Origin: a virus
Virus record (IMG/VR): IMGVR_UViG_3300028384_001046
Location: 32,001-96,000 of that record
Length of the DNA stretch: 64,000 nucleotides
Reading direction: 5' to 3' (one strand)
Shown: piece after piece, positions 38,988-49,191 of the stretch
Numbering within the stretch: position 1 is the stretch's first letter
How the letters are laid out: each line of letters starts with the position of its first letter
The notes under the pieces: generated by a model
Told to the model about the DNA's origin: nothing
Databases searched by the model: none
What the model saw: the letters and a program-made list of their open reading frames with translations, nothing else
Made by a program: the position numbers and the translations under genes

Positions 38988-41432
38988 ATGTCATTAAATT
39001 TAGTCTCCCCAGGCGTAAGAGTAAGAGAAGTTGACTTAACTATTGGACGTATTGATGATATTAATGATCAAGTAGGTGCTATCGCTGGACCATTTCAAAA
39101 GGGTCCCGTAAATACACCAATCTTAATTGAAACCGAAAACGATCTTTTACAAACGTTTGGTAAGCCACTATCTACTGATTCTCAGTATGAATACTGGATG
39201 AGTGCATCCTCATATCTCTCATATGGTGGTATATTGAGAGTTATCAGATCTTCGCATACGGATGAAACATCTCCATTATCCAATGCTAACGTCTCTGTCG
39301 ATGGTGGAACTCTAACGAGTTTACAAGTTGATTCCTCAGAGGACTATTACAACAACCATTTAAATGATATTACTTGGATGTATGCATCCAGAAACCCAGG
39401 ATCTTGGGCTAATGACTTGAAGGTTTGTACTATTGACTCCAAAGCAGATCAGAGACTGGCAATTGGAACGGATGGTCTTGCCGTAGGATATGCGATCACG
39501 GCTGGATTTACAACTTCTGTAGCAAATACGGATGGAACTATTGGTATTCAAACAGGATATCTTAAAGCAGTTATTACTGACATTCATGATTCGTCTGTTG
39601 ATGTCAAAATTTTGTCCGAACATAACGTAACAACTGATGTTTGGAGTGAAGTTGACTATCAAGAGGGCAGTTCTACTAAATCTTTCTCAGGATATGATGA
39701 GGGAGTAGACACATTTAATCTTGAAACTCCAGGTGGGGCACTCCGAAATAACTCAAATTTATATAGGGCTTTTGATAATGCTGGGGCAGAAGTTCAACTT
39801 GAAAGAACAAGATTCCAAGCCGTTGTTGGTTTAGGATCTACAGAGATTACTTTTGGTGATGATCTAAACACTCTAAAGGCTAGTATCGGTGATCAGATTA
39901 AATCTGTTAATGGTACTTATACTGGTAACATTGTTGGATTCTCTCCAGACGGATCTGATGGACAGTACATTATCATGGACACTGCTACTTCTGTTGCATT
40001 TGCAAATACAGACTTTATTGTTAAGAGTGGAATTGGTAGTGGATTAATACTCAGACAAGGCAATACTGCGGAAGACTGGTATAATCAACAGACTCTTGGT
40101 TTAGACAACCAAAAAATCTTCTGGAAATCTCTTGCGGAAAGACCAGGAACGTCTGCATATGCTGCAGATAGAAGTTCTAGATTTGACGAGGTTCATATTG
40201 TTATCGTTGACGACACTGGTAAAGTAACTGGTAGTGCAGGAAACATTGTAGAGAAGTGGGTTGGTCTTTCTAAGGCATCGGATGCCAAGATTTCTCCATC
40301 TGCGGACATATACTATAAGAACTACATTGCACAGTATTCATCAAACATTTTTGTTGGTGCGGCACAAACTGGTACTGGGTTAAAATACACAATGCTCAGT
40401 GGATATACAATTGATAATAGTGGTACATGGGGTCAACTCACTCAAGGAGTTTCTTTTAATGGATCTGGACCTCAAACATATTCATTATCTGGAGGTAGTG
40501 ATTATGGTGGTGTTGGAGTTTACAAGTGCAAACTTTCTGATGTTGTTTCCTCATATTCCATCTTAGATAACCCCGCAGAATACTCGGTTAACTACATTAT
40601 TCAAGGTCCATCTTCAGGCGATACTGTTTTTTCTGCACAAGCTAAGGCAAATAAACTGATTCAGATTGCGGAAACTCGTAAAGATTGTGTTGCTTGTATT
40701 TCGCCATACAAGCCTGATGTTGTTGGAGTTACTCAGTCAGATACACAGACAAGAAACATTATCAATTTCTATGATAGTTTGACATCTAGTTCTTACGCTG
40801 TATTTGATTCTGGATACAAGTACACCTTTGATAGATTCAACAATACATTCAGATATGTTGCTTTGAATGCCGACATTGCTGGTTTGATGGCAAGAACTTC
40901 TATTAATTCTTTCCCCTGGTTCTCACCTGCAGGATCTCAAAGAGGATCCATCAATAATGCAATTAAACTTGCTTATAATCCATCACAGGCACAAAGAGAT
41001 CTGCTTTATCCTAAGAGAATTAACCCAGTTATATTCTCTCCTGGTGCAGGAATGATTCTATATGGAGACAAAACTGCTCTTAAGGAATCATCTGCATTCG
41101 ATAGAATTAACGTTCGTCGTCTGTTCCTCACTATTGAACAAACCATTGAAAGAGCTGCAAGAGCACAACTCTTTGAGTTCAATGATATTTTAACAAGAAC
41201 TAACTTCTTGAATGTCGTTGAACCATATCTCCGCGATGTTAAGGCGAAGAGAGGTATCATTGATTTCGTTGTTATTTGTGACGAATCTAATAACACACCA
41301 GATGTTATTGATTCCAATCAGTTTAAAGCTGATATCTTCATAAAACCAAATAGATCAATCAACTTCATTGGACTGACGTTCGTGGCTACACGTTCTGGAG
41401 TCAGTTTTGATGAAGTAGTTGGTAATGTTTGA
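38988..41432 (+). CDS. gp18: Tail sheath protein gp18
   Basis: LVSPGVRVREVDLT, PWFSPAG, FDRINVRRLF, FEFND; TCTAAATA upstream. Confidence 0.95.
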   Translation: MSLNLVSPGVRVREVDLTIGRIDDINDQVGAIAGPFQKGPVNTPILIETENDLLQTFGKPLSTDSQYEYWMSASSYLSYGGILRVIRSSHTDETSPLSNANVSVDGGTLTSLQVDSSEDYYNNHLNDITWMYASRNPGSWANDLKVCTIDSKADQRLAIGTDGLAVGYAITAGFTTSVANTDGTIGIQTGYLKAVITDIHDSSVDVKILSEHNVTTDVWSEVDYQEGSSTKSFSGYDEGVDTFNLETPGGALRNNSNLYRAFDNAGAEVQLERTRFQAVVGLGSTEITFGDDLNTLKASIGDQIKSVNGTYTGNIVGFSPDGSDGQYIIMDTATSVAFANTDFIVKSGIGSGLILRQGNTAEDWYNQQTLGLDNQKIFWKSLAERPGTSAYAADRSSRFDEVHIVIVDDTGKVTGSAGNIVEKWVGLSKASDAKISPSADIYYKNYIAQYSSNIFVGAAQTGTGLKYTMLSGYTIDNSGTWGQLTQGVSFNGSGPQTYSLSGGSDYGGVGVYKCKLSDVVSSYSILDNPAEYSVNYIIQGPSSGDTVFSAQAKANKLIQIAETRKDCVACISPYKPDVVGVTQSDTQTRNIINFYDSLTSSSYAVFDSGYKYTFDRFNNTFRYVALNADIAGLMARTSINSFPWFSPAGSQRGSINNAIKLAYNPSQAQRDLLYPKRINPVIFSPGAGMILYGDKTALKESSAFDRINVRRLFLTIEQTIERAARAQLFEFNDILTRTNFLNVVEPYLRDVKAKRGIIDFVVICDESNNTPDVIDSNQFKADIFIKPNRSINFIGLTFVATRSGVSFDEVVGNV

Positions 41433-41471
41433 TTCATACCACTAAATAACAGTACAAGAGGTTAACTAGCC

Positions 41472-42167
41472 ATGCCAAGTTCCAAGTCATTTAATCCACC
41501 TCAGGTAGGGGATAGGACTATTGAGGATTTTAAGGCTCGACTCAGTGGAGGGGCTGCGCGCCCCAATTTGTTTGAGGTTGAACTTGCCTTCCCAAGCTAC
41601 GTCCAAATAGCAACAGAATCTGTAGCTAACTCCAGATTCTTAGTAAAAGCTGCTCAGTTACCAGCTTCAAATATTAATGTAATTGATGTTCCTTTCAGAG
41701 GAAGAAATTTAAAGATTGCTGGAGATAGAACTTTTGATGTTTGGACCATTACGGTCATTAATGACATCTCTTTCGATTTGCGAAATGCTTTTGAGCAGTG
41801 GATGAATGGTATCAACAAGCATGATAATGCTACTGGTGTCATTAATCCAACTCAATATCAGAAGGATGCCGTTGTTTATCAACTAGGAAGAAATACTAGA
41901 ACATCCACTGGTAGTTTTCCAACTACTATTTCGGATGCAACTTTAGGAGCTGCTGACAAATATCCAGTTCTCAAGAAGTACGTATTCCATGGTATCTTCC
42001 CAACCAATGTAAGTTCTATTGAATTATCATACGACAACTCTGATACTATTGAAGAGTTTACTGTAGATATGCAAGTTCAATGGTGGGATGCATATACTGC
42101 AGAAAATGTAAATCTCTTTGGAACAGAGGAAGAACCAGTAACAACGGCTGATTCTCAGACTGCTTAA
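41472..42167 (+). CDS. gp19: Tail tube protein gp19
   Basis: GAARPNLFEV, PFRGRNLKIAGDRTFDVWTITVIND, IEEFTV. Confidence 0.95.
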   Translation: MPSSKSFNPPQVGDRTIEDFKARLSGGAARPNLFEVELAFPSYVQIATESVANSRFLVKAAQLPASNINVIDVPFRGRNLKIAGDRTFDVWTITVINDISFDLRNAFEQWMNGINKHDNATGVINPTQYQKDAVVYQLGRNTRTSTGSFPTTISDATLGAADKYPVLKKYVFHGIFPTNVSSIELSYDNSDTIEEFTVDMQVQWWDAYTAENVNLFGTEEEPVTTADSQTA

Positions 42168-42212
42168 TTTTCATTGAATAAATATATTTGATTATGCCTC
42201 AAGTGAATCTAA

Positions 42213-43883
42213 ATGGCTAGGTTGTTTGGTTTTAAAATTGATAAGGGAGACGATGCTTCAAAGAGCATCGTTTCTCCCGTCCCAAAGTCCGATGAGGATT
42301 CATCGGACTTTTATGTTAGCAGCGGCTTTTATGGTCAGTACGTAGATATTGATGGCGTCTATAAGTCAGAGTTTGATTTAATTAAAAGATATCGAGAAAT
42401 GGCTCTGCATCCAGAAGTGGATAGTGCTATTGAAGATATTATAAATGAGGCGATTGTCTCGGATCAGAACGATTCCCCCATTCAAATTGATCTATCGAAT
42501 CTCCCTGCTTCGGAAAAACTTAAAGAACTTATTAGAGATGAGTTTAAGAAGATCAAAGAAATCATGGACTTTGATAAAAAGTGCCATGAAATCCTCCGTA
42601 ACTGGTATGTCGATGGAAGAATCTTCTATCACAAAGTAATTGATCTCAAAAAACCAGAAGAAGGTATTCAGGAAGTAAGATATATTGATCCACTGAAAAT
42701 TAAGTACGTTAGAAAACTGAAGAAGAAAGACAACGTACAACAAACTGTTGCAAGAATTCAAAGTCAAGATAATCCTCTTACTCCAGAAATCGAAGAGTAT
42801 TATCTCTACGATCCAAATACTCAGGCAGCAAAAAATAATGTTGGAGCTATTGGACAACCAGCATTCAAAAATGTAACTAAACCAGTAAAAATTGCTATTG
42901 ATGCAGTTACGTTCTGTCACTCTGGATTAGTAGATAGAAACAAACAAACAATTCTTTCATATCTTCACAAGTCTATTAAGGCACTCAATCAACTTCGTAT
43001 GATTGAAGACAGTCTGGTTATCTATAGATTGTCGCGTGCTCCAGAAAGAAGAATTTTCTATATTGATGTGGGCAATCTTCCTAAGATTAAAGCAGAACAA
43101 TATCTAAAAGATGTAATGAGCCGTTATCGTAATAAACTTGTTTACGATGCTGGAACTGGTGAGGTCAGAGATGACCGCAAGCACATGAGTATGTTAGAAG
43201 ACTTCTGGCTTCCTCGTCGTGAAGGTGGTCGTGGTACTGAAATCACAACTCTTCCTGGTGGACAGAACTTAGGCGAACTATCCGATATTGAGTATTTCCA
43301 GAAAAAACTTTACAGAGCACTTGGTGTTCCCGAGTCTCGTATTGCTGGATCTGGAGAAGGTTTCAACCTCGGTCGTTCTTCCGAAATTCTTAGAGACGAA
43401 ATTAAGTTTACTAAGTTCGTCGGTAGAATGAGAAAGAGATTCTCTGGTGTTTTTAGCGATATGCTGAAGACTCAGTTAATCCTGAAAAACATTGTTACCC
43501 CAGAAGATTGGGAAATTTTGTCTGATCATATTCAATATGATTTTGTATATGATAATCACTTTGCCGAACTAAAGGAAACAGAACTTCTTAATGAGAGACT
43601 TGGAACTGCTGCTGCAGTTGACCCATATCTTGGTAAGTACTTCTCTCTTGAGTATGTTAGAAGACATGTCCTCAAACAGAAGGATGAAGAAATTATAGAG
43701 ATTGATAAACAGATTGAGAAAGAAATTAAAGATGGTAAGTTGATAGATCCAATGGAAATTCAACAGATGGAAATGGGAGCTGGAGAAGATTTGGGATCTC
43801 CTGTCACAGAACCAGAAATTGATGCATCCGCCGTAGAAGCTGATGGATCATCAATGGAGATGCCCAAGGGAGGGGAAATATAA
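42213..43883 (+). CDS. gp20: Portal vertex protein gp20
   Basis: YRLSRAPERRIFYIDVGNLPK, EDFWLPRREGGRGTEITTLPGG. Confidence 0.97.
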   Translation: MARLFGFKIDKGDDASKSIVSPVPKSDEDSSDFYVSSGFYGQYVDIDGVYKSEFDLIKRYREMALHPEVDSAIEDIINEAIVSDQNDSPIQIDLSNLPASEKLKELIRDEFKKIKEIMDFDKKCHEILRNWYVDGRIFYHKVIDLKKPEEGIQEVRYIDPLKIKYVRKLKKKDNVQQTVARIQSQDNPLTPEIEEYYLYDPNTQAAKNNVGAIGQPAFKNVTKPVKIAIDAVTFCHSGLVDRNKQTILSYLHKSIKALNQLRMIEDSLVIYRLSRAPERRIFYIDVGNLPKIKAEQYLKDVMSRYRNKLVYDAGTGEVRDDRKHMSMLEDFWLPRREGGRGTEITTLPGGQNLGELSDIEYFQKKLYRALGVPESRIAGSGEGFNLGRSSEILRDEIKFTKFVGRMRKRFSGVFSDMLKTQLILKNIVTPEDWEILSDHIQYDFVYDNHFAELKETELLNERLGTAAAVDPYLGKYFSLEYVRRHVLKQKDEEIIEIDKQIEKEIKDGKLIDPMEIQQMEMGAGEDLGSPVTEPEIDASAVEADGSSMEMPKGGEI

Positions 43884-43886
43884 ATA
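43879..43886 (+). promoter_or_regulatory. T4-type late promoter TATAAATA
   Basis: Exact consensus overlapping the gp20 stop codon. Confidence 0.7.
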
Positions 43887-43914
43887 CTTCTAGTTTGTAT
43901 GTAATTTAACTGTC

Positions 43915-44160
43915 ATGGATGACCTTATTGATTTGATTGTGAATAATGAATCTCCAACGGAAATTCATTCTAAGATCAAAGATGTTCTTTTTGCAAAGTC
44001 TGCTGAGAATATCGAAACCATTCGTCCAGCTATCACAGCTGATATGTTTGGTGGTCCCAATCCTTGGGTTGATCAATTAGATGATGCGGAGCCAGAAACT
44101 GATGAAGTGGAGGCATCTGCAGAAGTTGAAGAACCTGCCGAGGAACCAGAGGAAGAATGA
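43915..44160 (+). CDS. Small acidic prohead core-like protein (gp67/68 position)
   Basis: Lies between portal and protease; Glu-rich tail. Confidence 0.6.
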   Translation: MDDLIDLIVNNESPTEIHSKIKDVLFAKSAENIETIRPAITADMFGGPNPWVDQLDDAEPETDEVEASAEVEEPAEEPEEE

Positions 44161-44882
44161 AACTTATTACCGAAGAAATCGAATCAGCTAAGGTTCTTGT
44201 CGAAGAAAAAGACGGCAAGAAATCTATGTTTATTGAGGGTATTTTCCTTCAAGGAAACCTAAAGAATAGAAATGGTCGTTTCTATCCTGTTGAAACTCTT
44301 CAAAAAGAAGTAAACAGATATACCGAGTCTTTCATTTCTAAGGGTCGTGCTCTTGGTGAGCTTGGCCACCCCGATGGACCAACGGTAAATCTCGATAGAG
44401 TTTCCCATAAGATTGTTGATCTTCATAAAGAAGGAACCAATTTTATTGGAAAGGCTAAACTTCTCGATACACCTATGGGCAAAATTGCTCAGTCATTAAT
44501 TGATGAGGGTGTTCAACTGGGAGTTTCTTCCAGAGGAATGGGAAGTCTACGTGACACAAACGAAGGTTATAAGGTAGTAGGCGAAGATTTTATGCTTGCT
44601 ACTGCTGCTGATATTGTCGCAGATCCTTCTGCTCCTGACGCTTTTGTTAATGGAATTATGGAAGGAGTTGAGTGGATTTGGGACGCTGGTCTTCTCAAAG
44701 CACAAACTACAATTAAAGAAGCAACAGTTGAAGAAACCGTTGCAGTAATTGAAAAAGAACCAGAAGAAGTTGTCGAAGAGACGATTGAGAAAACTAAGAA
44801 AACTATAAATACCTTAGTTAAACAACAAAGACTTGATGAGAAGAAATTGGAACTATTCCAAAACTTCCTATCAAATCTTTGA
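44157..44882 (+). CDS. gp21: Prohead protease gp21
   Basis: NRNGRFYP, ALGELGHP, GVSSRGMGS, DIVADPSAPDA. Confidence 0.95.
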   Translation: MKLITEEIESAKVLVEEKDGKKSMFIEGIFLQGNLKNRNGRFYPVETLQKEVNRYTESFISKGRALGELGHPDGPTVNLDRVSHKIVDLHKEGTNFIGKAKLLDTPMGKIAQSLIDEGVQLGVSSRGMGSLRDTNEGYKVVGEDFMLATAADIVADPSAPDAFVNGIMEGVEWIWDAGLLKAQTTIKEATVEETVAVIEKEPEEVVEETIEKTKKTINTLVKQQRLDEKKLELFQNFLSNL

Positions 44883-44939
44883 ATTTAATAAATAAATATA
44901 GATTACGATATCTACAACGATCAAAAACGGAGAGTTCAA

Positions 44940-46025
44940 ATGTCTCGTGGAGATTTACAAGAAATGGAAGTAGGCACTAAGCAATCCAAAACCGCTGTTA
45001 ATAGTGGTGCAAAGGCTGGTGAACCCATGCCAAAAGCACCTAACTATGTTCCCGACAACGGTGCCGTTGAGGATCTCGGTGGTCCAACCCCCGAGAATTC
45101 TAAACCAGACGATAATTCTAATGCGCTTAAGACTCCTACCCAGACGATTAAGCAAGTTAAGGATGTAGTCAACAAGGGCGCTAAACCTGCTGAACCCATG
45201 ACACAAGCACCTAAGTACGCTGAAGAAACTGAAGCATCTGCTGAAGAAGAGGTAATTTCCGAAGAGGAGACTACCGAACAGGAGAGCATCATCGACATCG
45301 ACGCTGCAATTGCAGAAGATGTTGAAGCACTCCTGGGCGGTGAAGAACTCTCAGAAGAATTCAAAGAGAAGGCTAAACTGATCTTTGAAGCTTCTATTAC
45401 TGCTAAGATCACAGATATCGAAAATCAAATCGTCGAGGCTTACGAACAAAAACTCGTAGAGGAAGTTGAAACCCTTAAGGTTGAACTTACCGAGAGACTT
45501 GATTCGTACCTTGAGTATGTCGCTGAAGAATGGCTTGAGGAAAACGCTCTCTCCGTTGAGCGTGGAATCAAGACAGAAATGACCGAATCCTTCCTTGAAG
45601 GAATGAAGGGTCTTTTTGAAGAACATTATGTATCTCTTCCTGAAGATAGATACGATGTACTTGAGAGCATGGTAGACAAACTTGATGAAATGGAGACTAA
45701 ACTCAACGAGCAAATCGAAAGAAATATTGCTCTAAATAGTAAGCTGTCGGAATCGACTGCTGAGACCGTCATGAATAATGTTGCTGAAGGACTTGCAGTT
45801 TCTCAAAAAGAAAAACTTGCAACCCTCGCAGAAGGTGTTGAGTTTGAAAGTGAAGAAAGCTATCGTGAAAAACTAGAAACACTGAAGGAGTCATACTTCG
45901 GTGGAAAGACTAGTTCTTCCAAGACGAAAGAGACACAAGTTCTCAAAGAAGAAGCCGAACACGTAGAAGCACCTACTGGTTCTATGGCTGCATATCTAAG
46001 AGCACTCTCTAACGTCAAACAGTGA
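44940..46025 (+). CDS. gp22: Prohead scaffold gp22
   Basis: LSEEFKEKAKLIFEA, YLEYVAEEWL; acidic coiled coil. Confidence 0.9.
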   Translation: MSRGDLQEMEVGTKQSKTAVNSGAKAGEPMPKAPNYVPDNGAVEDLGGPTPENSKPDDNSNALKTPTQTIKQVKDVVNKGAKPAEPMTQAPKYAEETEASAEEEVISEEETTEQESIIDIDAAIAEDVEALLGGEELSEEFKEKAKLIFEASITAKITDIENQIVEAYEQKLVEEVETLKVELTERLDSYLEYVAEEWLEENALSVERGIKTEMTESFLEGMKGLFEEHYVSLPEDRYDVLESMVDKLDEMETKLNEQIERNIALNSKLSESTAETVMNNVAEGLAVSQKEKLATLAEGVEFESEESYREKLETLKESYFGGKTSSSKTKETQVLKEEAEHVEAPTGSMAAYLRALSNVKQ

Positions 46026-46062
46026 TTTAAAGATTATCAAATTTCAACACAGGTATCCTAAA

Positions 46063-47454
46063 ATGCAACAAAACATCAATTACCAACAGCTCACTGAAAA
46101 GTGGGCTCCTCTTCTAGACTACGATGGTCTAGATAACATCAAAGACGCTCACAGACGTAACGTTACCGCAGTTCTTCTTGAGAACCAAGAGCAAATGCTC
46201 AAGGAAGAAGCATCCTTCCTTGGTGAAGCATCTCCAACTAACTCTGCAGGTACAGGTGGATTCGGTGGAGACTCAGCTGCAGCTGGTCCTGTTGCTGGTT
46301 TCGACCCAGTTCTGATCTCCCTGATCAGACGTGCAATGCCTAACCTGGTCGCTTATGACCTCGCAGGCGTTCAACCAATGAGTGGTCCTACTGGACTCAT
46401 CTTCGCAATGCGTTCCCGTTACACCAACCAGAGCGGAACCGAAGCACTGTTCAACGAGCCCGATACTGCATTCGCAGGTCAGAACGACGGTGGTACTCTT
46501 ACTGCAGGTCAAACTGATCAGGCTGCTGGTTTCGGTACAGGTTCTCAGTCGGGTACTAACCCTGCAGTTCTGAACCCTGTTGGTTCTGCAACTACCTCCG
46601 CTTACAACGTTGGTCAGGGTATGGCCACTGGTGAGTCTGAGGCACTCGGAGATGGTTCTGGCAACCACTTCAATGAGATGGCATTCTCGATCGAGAAGGT
46701 CACCGTTACTGCGAAGTCCAGAGCACTGAAAGCTGAGTACTCCTTAGAACTCGCACAAGACCTCAAGGCAATCCACGGTCTGAATGCTGAGGCTGAGTTG
46801 GCAAACATTCTCTCCACAGAGATTCTTGCTGAAATCAACCGCGAAGTCATTCGTTCCATCTACAAGGTTGCTGAACAGGGTGCAACTCTTAACACCGCTA
46901 CCGCTGGTGAGTTCGACCTCGATGTTGACTCCAACGGACGCTGGTCGGTTGAGAAGTTCAAGGGTCTACTCTTCCAAATCGAAAGAGACGCTAACCAGAT
47001 CGCACAAAGAACTCGTAGAGGGAAGGGCAACGTTGTTCTCTGCTCCGCAGACGTTGCTTCCGCACTCACGATGGCAGGCATTCTGGATTACACTCCTGCA
47101 CTCAACGCTAACCTCAACGTTGATGACACTGGCAACACCTTCGCTGGTACACTTGCTGGTAAGTACAAGGTCTACATCGACCCATTTGCTGCAAACAACG
47201 CTGCAAATCAGTACTACGTTGTTGGTTATAAGGGAACTTCCCCTTATGATGCAGGTATGTTCTACTGCCCATATGTTCCTCTCCAGATGGTTCGCGCCGT
47301 TGGTCAGGACACCTTCCAACCAAAAATTGGATTCAAGACTCGCTACGGCATGGTCGCAAATCCATTCGCAGAAGGAACTGATCAGGGTCTCGGTAGACTC
47401 CTCGCTAACTCCAACCGTTACTACAGAAGAGTTACCGTTAAGAACCTCATGTGA
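46063..47454 (+). CDS. gp23: Major capsid protein gp23
   Basis: GVQPMSGPTGLIFAMR, KSRALKAEYSLELAQDLKAIHGL, YCPYVPL, FQPKIGFKTRYG. Confidence 0.98.
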   Translation: MQQNINYQQLTEKWAPLLDYDGLDNIKDAHRRNVTAVLLENQEQMLKEEASFLGEASPTNSAGTGGFGGDSAAAGPVAGFDPVLISLIRRAMPNLVAYDLAGVQPMSGPTGLIFAMRSRYTNQSGTEALFNEPDTAFAGQNDGGTLTAGQTDQAAGFGTGSQSGTNPAVLNPVGSATTSAYNVGQGMATGESEALGDGSGNHFNEMAFSIEKVTVTAKSRALKAEYSLELAQDLKAIHGLNAEAELANILSTEILAEINREVIRSIYKVAEQGATLNTATAGEFDLDVDSNGRWSVEKFKGLLFQIERDANQIAQRTRRGKGNVVLCSADVASALTMAGILDYTPALNANLNVDDTGNTFAGTLAGKYKVYIDPFAANNAANQYYVVGYKGTSPYDAGMFYCPYVPLQMVRAVGQDTFQPKIGFKTRYGMVANPFAEGTDQGLGRLLANSNRYYRRVTVKNLM

Positions 47455-47474
47455 TCCAAGTTTCACATTTTTTC

Positions 47475-47501
47475 AAGACCTCCTTCGGGGGGTCTTTTTT
47501 T
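47475..47501 (+). terminator. Intrinsic terminator with cUUCGg tetraloop
   Basis: AAGACCTCC-TTCG-GGGGGTCTT followed by a T run, after gp23. Confidence 0.9.
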
Positions 47502-47510
47502 ATGCCTTTT

Positions 47511-47518
47511 TATAAATA
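47511..47518 (+). promoter_or_regulatory. T4-type late promoter TATAAATA
   Basis: Exact consensus after the gp23 terminator. Confidence 0.75.
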
Positions 47519-47587
47519 GGGCTGCTTTTAAATAATTAAAATGTGGTAAGACTAAGTGGTTTAATTAATTCAACATCGGAGGTTGAC

Positions 47588-48199
47588 ATGTCAGAGGAAC
47601 CCAAAAAAGAGAAAAAACTGCCACTGACCAAAGTGGTTGTAGGAACTATTGGTGCAATCTTTGTAGTATCGCACATTGGTTTACTGGGTTATGTTGTAAG
47701 AAAACCAGAACCACCCAGAGTTCCACAAGTTCCGACAATTAATATTCCTCGCGGTGATTATTCATCCTATACTATCAAAGCAGGAAAGGATGGATATGAG
47801 ATTGAATATCGTGCAAATGACCCTAAGATTTTAACTTCGGAAAGAGGATTAGATCTTGATAAATCAAAGAAAGGATTCTTTGGTGGATCATCTAGTGAAA
47901 AGAGAAATGAATATCGTCGTGATGAATATACAATGGAAGGAACCCGCAATATGGGAGGTGCCGTAACGCAGGGTGAAGAGGGAAAGTCTGCAAAAGAAGT
48001 CGAGTGCATAGTGGCGGACGCTGGCGCACGGTCACAAGGTGCAATGGCAGGAACCGCAATTAGTGCTGGTCTCGTCGTCCCAGTGGTCTCTAGTATCCCC
48101 TACATTGGATGGTTAGCAGGTGGTTGGGCATTACTTCTAGGTCAGCAAGCAGGATCCGAATTAGGATCTCAAGTTGGTGAAGTATTTAATGACTGCTAA
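47588..48199 (+). CDS. Hypothetical membrane protein with glycine-zipper-like C-terminus
   Basis: GGAGG RBS before ATG 47588; N-terminal TM segment; GAMAGTAISAG...GWLAGG...GQQAGSELGSQVG. Confidence 0.65.
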   Translation: MSEEPKKEKKLPLTKVVVGTIGAIFVVSHIGLLGYVVRKPEPPRVPQVPTINIPRGDYSSYTIKAGKDGYEIEYRANDPKILTSERGLDLDKSKKGFFGGSSSEKRNEYRRDEYTMEGTRNMGGAVTQGEEGKSAKEVECIVADAGARSQGAMAGTAISAGLVVPVVSSIPYIGWLAGGWALLLGQQAGSELGSQVGEVFNDC

Positions 48200-48224
48200 A
48201 TAATACAGAACTATATTTTATTCC

Positions 48225-48761
48225 ATGGTAAAAGAAAGTGGATTATCCAAGTGGGATAGAGAGATTAAAAATAAAAACTTTCTATCCCCAACTGGATTTA
48301 AATTTAGTTTGGAAAAGGCACCAAAGGTAGATTTCTTCTCCAATTCTGTTAACATCCCAGGCATTAATCTTGGTGTAGCTGTTCAATCTACTCCATTAAA
48401 GGATTTGATGATTCCTGGAGATAAGTTGGTTTACAACGATCTTACCATTCAGTTTATGGTAGATGAAAACTTAGAAAACTATTTGGAAATTCATGACTGG
48501 ATGCGAGGTCTTGGATATCCAGAAAGTATGTCAGAAGCATTGCCATTTGGACCTGTAGATCCCGTCATTGGTGCTTTTTCTGATGGAAGTCTACTCATCT
48601 ATAATAGTAACTTTAATCCGATATCGAAGGTAACTTTCAAAGACTTATTTCCAACATCATTATCATCTGTCGAATTTGATGCTAAGTCAACTGATATAAA
48701 TTATATTATGGCATCAGCCACGTTTAAATATACAATTTTTGATATTGAGAGTTTGCTGTAG
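48225..48761 (+). CDS. gp3: Tail completion / tube terminator gp3
   Basis: NFLSPTGFKF, VNIPGINLG, PGDKL, VDENLENYLEIHDW, LFPTSLS. Confidence 0.85.
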   Translation: MVKESGLSKWDREIKNKNFLSPTGFKFSLEKAPKVDFFSNSVNIPGINLGVAVQSTPLKDLMIPGDKLVYNDLTIQFMVDENLENYLEIHDWMRGLGYPESMSEALPFGPVDPVIGAFSDGSLLIYNSNFNPISKVTFKDLFPTSLSSVEFDAKSTDINYIMASATFKYTIFDIESLL

Positions 48762-48762
48762 T

Positions 48763-49191
48763 ATGAATCTTGAAATGATTGAGAATCTTTGGGAACAAGA
48801 TTCCAAAATTGATAACGATGATCTTCACTTAGAGTCAACAAAAATTCCATCCTTACACTCGAAGTATTATAAAATCTATAATAATATTCTTGTTTTAAAA
48901 AAAGGGCAGGAAAATAAATTCAAAGTGTTAAGAAAAGAAAAATGGGAGTATTACTCTGGTAAAGCAAAACCAGAAGTATATACAGAAAAACCATTTGACT
49001 TCAAGGTATTAAAATCAGACATTGACAAATATCTTGATTCTGATGAAGATCTTATTAAATGTCTCACAAAAGTTGAATATTATCAAATTGAATTGGATTA
49101 TCTTGAAAGTATTCTCAAGGTAATTTTAAACAGAACATACCAGATTAAAAACGCTATTGAATGGCAGAGGTTTATTAGAGGATATGACTGA
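48763..49191 (+). CDS. uvsY: Recombination mediator UvsY
   Basis: DSKID, IPSLHSKY, YYSGKA, RTYQIKNAIEWQRF. Confidence 0.9.
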   Translation: MNLEMIENLWEQDSKIDNDDLHLESTKIPSLHSKYYKIYNNILVLKKGQENKFKVLRKEKWEYYSGKAKPEVYTEKPFDFKVLKSDIDKYLDSDEDLIKCLTKVEYYQIELDYLESILKVILNRTYQIKNAIEWQRFIRGYD

